Assembly (NCBI GenBank): GCA_009914755.4
Contig: CP068257.2
Span: 18,848,001 to 18,912,000, forward strand
DNA: 64,000 bases
Reading direction: 5' to 3'
Source: the human T2T-CHM13v2.0 reference genome, Homo sapiens
The stretch's first letter is position 1. Each line of letters begins with the position of its first letter. The translations under genes and the position numbers were made by a program. Positions 57,121-64,000 of the stretch are shown here, in pieces. The notes under the pieces were generated by a model. The model saw only the letters and a list, made by a program, of their open reading frames with translations, was not told where the DNA came from and ran no database searches.

Positions 57121-58485
57121 AGGAGTTTAAATTTCAAATTACCTTACCTAAATTAGAGACCTTAAAAATATATTGCAAATGAATATACATGAGAGATTGG
57201 GCTTTCAGGAATCAGGACTATCATACAAGTAGAAAGGCTTTTGCATTCTATTTCATAGTTTATATGAGAAATATTTGGAAGCTCACATAAACATGTAAAA
57301 TTCTTTTCCAGTTCTATTGTTTAGTTTTATTCTTATCTTTGATTTAATAAGTACATTAATTGTCAATCAACCACCAGGATTCCAAAGAGATATTGAGAGA
57401 AGACAGAATATAGGAAAACCATTCAGCTACTTTCCATTGTAGTGGGCCCTACTTTTTATTAAACTGTGTAATTGAACCGTATATGGAGACAAAGGCAAAG
57501 TTAGTTATGTCAGAATACAGAGTAATCTGTAACACGTTAAAAAAGAAAAAAGGTAACTAATAAAGTTTTTGAAAACTGAAACTCCTCTATTCAGTCCAAA
57601 TCATAGTCTCAAGATTTGAGGACAATATTTCATGTCAACAGATTACACAAAAGATCTCTGGTATAGTAGACTATAAAAAAACAGCCAAGCAAGCCAGTTG
57701 TAAAAAACTGGCCTTTTCTGAAAACTAGTATATTCTCTTTATCTGTTTCATAATGTATTTTTAATAATATTTTCATTGTACTTATTTCTTGACAAAGTCT
57801 GATAATATATGCATAAATCATCTGTTATTGAAATTGGGTATTCTAATTCAACATATCAACCAAAATTGCATCTTTCCTTTTGCTAGGATAAATTGGGCTA
57901 AAGAGATCATTTTTAGGTCAAATTTTCACTTGAAAGGGAATCAAATGTACTTTCTAATTATATTTAACATTTTTTTACTTACTTTATTTAGTTCGTCAGA
58001 TAAATTAGATATCTGCAGGCCAGCTATGAACAGACAAGAAGAACAACGTTGCTCTCTTTCTAAATGATATTATTTCTTTTATCTCAACCATGAATGTCCA
58101 TTGTGAACAATAAAGCCTATTATTAACTGAGGAAATATTTTAAGATCGAATACAGTAAAATGAGCATTGTTGAATTTGGACAACATAATCATGCAGGTAA
58201 ATGTATGATACCTAATAATCTTATTCAGTCTCTGAACTTGCTCAGCTATTTAGGGGAACATTTTATATTTCTGTATCTTAATTGGCTTACCAAAAAGGCA
58301 GATTTTTTCAAAATTAGGTCTTACATTAAAAATACACAAATGGATTTTTCTTAATGTGGTTTCTGTTACTAATATACACTTTAAATATTTTAGATAAAAA
58401 AAGGTCTCTTCCATGCTTTTTGGAACAAAATATTGGGTCTCAGTTATATACTTATTAAACTACTTAGATTAAAATTTCTTTTTTG

Positions 58486-58966
<481 letters not shown>

Positions 58967-59446
58967 TTAAGCACTTTTTCTCAGGCCTGAAAAATGAACG
59001 TATAGCTATAAATCAACACGGCATAGAGGAAATAGCAGCAAACAGGGAACCAGAGGATGTGCTGTTTGGTCTAGAGCTGCCACTCCTCACAGTAGATTGT
59101 GGACACGGTGCTTAACCTCCCTGAGGAGGCCATGTTTGAGCGGAGTATTGACTGACAAAGCGGAGACAGCGAAGGTCTGTGTAAGATGCTGAGGAACTAC
59201 ATCCCCTGCCTTCTGTTCCCTTCATGGCTACGTCCATGGGATGTATAGGATGTGTAGTTTTTATGCTTCATTGAATTATTAATATGCTGCTTCTTTTTTA
59301 AATACACCCGTTCAATTCTCAGAACATGATATTATAAATAAAAGATATTGGGGTCAAATTTAGAGACTTTGAGTTATTAATCGGGTTAAAAAACAGTACT
59401 TCAAAATTTTGTCTTACTATACACTGTATTTCTTTTCTTCTTTTTA

Positions 59447-59515
59447 TTTTGAGTTCTGGGATATATGTGCAGAACGCGCAGGTTTGTTACATAGGTATAA
59501 ATGTGCCATGGTGTG
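59447..59515 (-). mobile_element. Very short L1 3'-end fragment
   Basis: ttttgagttctgggatatatgtgcagaacgcgcaggtttgttacataggtataaatgtgccatggtgtg matches the antisense L1 3' end (tactttaagttctagggtacatgtgcacaacgtgcaggtttgttacatatgtatacatgtgccatg). Confidence 0.6.
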
Positions 59516-60978
59516 ATAGTACGACACTACAACATTTTGTTTACTTTAAATGAAAGTTGTACATAAGCTATCCAGTGTTTGAAGAAAATTCCTATTTCTA
59601 TATCTCAGAAATCTCATAATAAATCTTATCCTTGTACACAGCATCATCAGTATAAGGGTTTGCTTACCTAAAGATTCATATATTTCTTTCTCCTTGATAA
59701 TCTTGAATTCTCTGAATAACCATGAAAATATGGCATTGAGACATTTAAGGCCTGCCTCTGAAAATATCATCTTCTTGAGGACAGAATTTTTTGAGAAATA
59801 ATAGCTTATTTACCAAATGGAAAATTTTCACTTTTATTCATCAAACATGTACGTTAGAAAACTATTAGAAGAATGCAAAGAAGAGTGAATAGATTATGTA
59901 ATTTTATTTAGTGTGCATTTGTAAATTCTATCAATTTTTAAAAATTAATTGAAAGTGTAAAATAACGTAACGATCTTAAAATTTAGGTTCTCTTGTACTT
60001 AGGAAAACCTAATGCTATTCCAAGTTTTTAAAACGCTAATTGAAATTTGTGGCTTTTTCTTTTCCTCCACCTAAAAATCCCATTGAATCTGATGACCCAG
60101 CCTAGATTTGCTTGTCAAGAAACTGATAATTTTTAATTTTTGTGAGATTAACGAGTAATAGCAGAAAACGTATTTATACAGTTGTATGATGAGATATACC
60201 AGCTTATAAATAGTTAATTTTTTTATTCACTAAGAAAAATATTGTTTTCCTATATTCAGAATAGTGGAAATACATAATATTAAAGTTATAATTTTAACTA
60301 CATTGTAAAAGGTACAGTAATTACATTTGCCAAAAGGTAAAAGTGGCTTCGAGAACATTTGTGCAATTCAAGATTTTCAATTCTATTAGCTGTATTGAAA
60401 GTTCTCTCAAATCACAAAGCAGAAATTACAAAATTGGCAGAATGACTTTGATTAGGTCAAGTACTTTGTAGATGGGGAAAGATTATAGTGATAAATCCTT
60501 TTGAAATAGAACAACCTATTCAGTTTTACTTTCAACAAGCCCTTCTTACATCTCACACGATGATGAACTACAGAAATAAAAAGGTAAATGATGTTAAGAC
60601 CTTTGCTCTCAAAAGAAAATAACAAAAACAAAACCTAGAGCCCTTTCTAAGGTTAAAATCAGCTGTCTTTTTACAGAATTCATTTTGGATTTTCATTCTG
60701 AAGACTTCCAACCAATAGGGTAGCCTTTGCCAGAAATTCATTATGGTTGTATACATAAATATTATTTATATGAGCCAACTGTACTGTGATCAATTTTAGT
60801 AAATTATTTACATACTTTCAATGTTTATGTTTAATTGAAATATGCCAATGCTTTTAGAGTTTGTTAAATTCATAAAAATGTATGCATGTATACAAGGGAA
60901 CTTGACTATATCTTATTAATTTAATGAAGTTTGATATAAGGCAGACGTATTTTTGACGCTAGTCAAAAAGTGTTAGTT

Positions 60979-61288
<310 letters not shown>

Positions 61289-62147
61289 TTACAGAATTAA
61301 TAAAACTCCATATATTACATATTATATTGCACATGTGTATTTTTAAAAATAACTTGAAGTTCCTTTGAAAGCACAATTTTGTTTTAAATGCATTTTGGAA
61401 AATGCACACTGGGATGACACTCCAATCATTTTAATGAAATTTTTATTTTTAAAATAAAAAATATGTGTTGAATCTTGACTAGATCAATATTCACTGTATA
61501 AAAAAAATAAATTAAAGTGGCTATATTATGGACCCAAATAAAAAAGGTTAATTTGAAACAGATTTTGACCTGCATATTGGTACCACCACATGAGCCAAAA
61601 GCACAACACCAAGGCACAGCTCACTATTTTATTTTTTTCTCAATGTAACAAGATTTTAAAAAATAATAAAAAGATGGAAGGAACTAGAGTAAGAGTGGGA
61701 GAATCCCTTTTTAGTCCAGTAGGATTTGGTCTGGCATGCAAAATATTTCAATTGCTTATGGTAGATAGCAATTCAAATATTTGACTATAGGAGTTATTTA
61801 CTTAAAGATTGTGAAGAAAAAAATGCAAAACCCACTCCAAATTTTACTGATCTACAGCCTGGAACTTCTCACACACTTTAATTTTCAAAAGAACATATCA
61901 ACCCCACATCTCAGAGTCAACAATAGGTATCTTTATCATGAATGGCATTAAAAGGGATGATTTTTTTGTGTGTGATCTCATTATGAACTCTGTCGTTTGA
62001 GGACAGCCTCTTCATTTCTTGGAATGTATAACATGGGCAACCAGCATTTGGGATGCATGCACTCCCACCATCTCTGTTTTATATATATATATCTTAATCA
62101 CTGCAACATTCTAATTCAGGCCATGTTGATTTAAGGATAAAACTAGA

Positions 62148-62470
<323 letters not shown>

Positions 62471-62583
62471 CTATATGGAAATGTAGTGGGTTTTGAAAGA
62501 TTCCAATAATAAGTACAAATATGGAATTATCTATAGAAAAACAAATGCTGAATGCAATACTATGTTAATAGTAGTTATTCATT

Positions 62584-62955
62584 GATATGGTTTGCATTTG
62601 TGTCATCCCCCAAATCTCATGTCAGATTGTAATCCCCAGTGTTGGAGGAGAAGCCTGGTGGGAGGTGATTGGATTATGGGGGTGGATTTCCCTCTTGCTG
62701 TTCTCATGATAGCGAGTAAGTTCTTGGGAGATCTGGTTGGTAAACTCCCCTCTTCTCTCTCTCTTCCTCCTGCTCTGGCCATGTAAGACGTGCCTGCTTC
62801 TCCTTTGCCTTCTGCCATGGTTGTGAGTTTCCTGAGGCCTCTCCAGCCGTGCTTCCTGTAGAGCTTGTGAAACCATGAGTTAACTAAACCTCTTTTCTTC
62901 ATGAATTACTCAGTCTCAGGTAGTTCTTCATAACAGTGCAAGAATGGACTAATAC
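62584..62955 (+). mobile_element. THE1/MST-type MaLR solo LTR, plus strand
   Basis: tgatatggtttgcatttgtgtcatcccccaaatctcatgtcagattgtaatccccagtgttggaggagaagcctggtgggaggtgattggattatggg...ccatggttgtgagtttcctgaggcctctccagccgtgcttcctgtagagcttgtgaaaccatgagttaactaaacctcttttcttcatgaattactcagtctcaggtagttcttcataacagtgcaagaatggactaataca. Confidence 0.8.
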
Positions 62956-64000
62956 ATTCATTATAAAGGAAATATCCAAGAGCCAAATGGAAGCAGACTA
63001 CCAAGTAAACTGAGGTGGCAGGTTTGTGATAGCAACCAAAAAAAAAAATAACCCAACAACCTATAGTAACCAAGCTTTCCATGGAGAAATGGAGAACGAA
63101 TAACACTGAAATATGTGTGTGCTGAACACTGGTCTTTGCCACTTCTATTGGTTGACAGGACAGATCACCCCAACTCTTTCTGTATATTGCTCTTTATAAG
63201 CCTTCACAACAACAAAAGTCTGAACACGCTCATAATATAAACTAGTCTGGGATTTCCATGAGCTAAAGATTTGAAAGATTATTAAATATAGCTGTGCTTT
63301 TATTTATGAGCAGCTCTTGGCCCTCTTTTTCCCCTACCATCCAAAACCTCTAATAGGAAAAAGAAAATTACATATTTCATGTCATGTTTTCATTTACAGA
63401 TAACAATCACTAGATTTGCCCCAAGAATATACATCTAGCTTGCATTTTCGTGATTTATAAAAGCCTCATGGATTTTTTTTTTGACTAGAGCTATGTCACT
63501 GATATTAAAATTGGCAGTCTTAAAGGGATTTCTTTTATTTGACAAAACATATTGTGCTCAAGGTTAATAATACATTTCAGCAATGTACATAGTGCTCTTG
63601 GCAGACATGTGCTCCGTTTCATCATTTTGATAGGCAGATCCTTCATCATTTGATAGGCAGATTCTTCTTCATAATAAGTAAAATCCTGCCAAAAGTTAAT
63701 GCTCTGAATTGCTTTAAAATTCATTTTAATGTAAATTTGGATAGAACACTCCTTTCTTGCTATCAGACTAGCAAGTCAGTGTAAGAAAACTGGTTGGCCG
63801 GAAAGGAAGTTGGTAATTTTAATAGGAAACTCATTACAAAACAGTAAGTGGGATAAAATCGCACTTCCATGTTTGTTGGGAAAATCTGAAAAGTTTTGTT
63901 GCTTATGGGGAGAGAGAAAAAAGACTACTGAGAAGATTATGTCTAAAACCAAATTCCAAGCCACCTTTTATCAATAAAAACATAATACTAAATGTTGATA

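Noticed and set aside
59040-59250. CpG-containing unique stretch (cacggtg, gagcggag, aagcggagacagcgaagg, ctacgtcc)
   Set aside because: No open frame or splice-like boundaries could be found. It is noted only as a possible conserved element and is too weak to call.

Overview
This window is eukaryotic, and almost certainly human or another catarrhine primate. It carries about 16 Alu elements, several of them AluY. It also has L1PA-type 3' ends, MIR, MER3 and MER1-like hAT MITEs, and many ERVL-MaLR LTR elements. The sequence is AT-rich (roughly 60% A+T or more), CpG-depleted and more than 50% interspersed repeat, which fits a gene-poor intergenic or deep-intronic region.

I found no convincing protein-coding gene. 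Almost every ORF of 60 aa or more in the six-frame track lies inside an Alu, L1 or MaLR copy or in a GC-rich tandem-repeat block. The track is a prokaryote-style aid and is uninformative here. No rRNA, tRNA or CRISPR was recognised, and no bacterial defence or operon-like system exists in this window.

The most structured content is a nested transposon cluster at roughly 11.1-22.0 kb. An old, nearly full-length L1 on the minus strand has been invaded independently by two full-length THE1/MST-class MaLR elements, with 5-bp target-site duplications visible. It also carries an MST-type solo LTR and an AluJ. A third full-length MaLR lies at 23.2-25.5 kb. All three MaLRs retain homologous remnants of the MaLR internal ORF, whose function is not known to me.

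Other points worth a look are a GC-rich tandem-repeat block (51.2-52.1 kb), a 32-unit (TTTTA)n expansion of an Alu tail, and a duplicated L1 ORF2 segment. There is also a small CpG-retaining ORF or exon-like segment at about 42.0 kb, and four young AluY copies with intact TSDs at 53-62 kb. All repeat-family names come from recalled consensus sequences, not from a database search.
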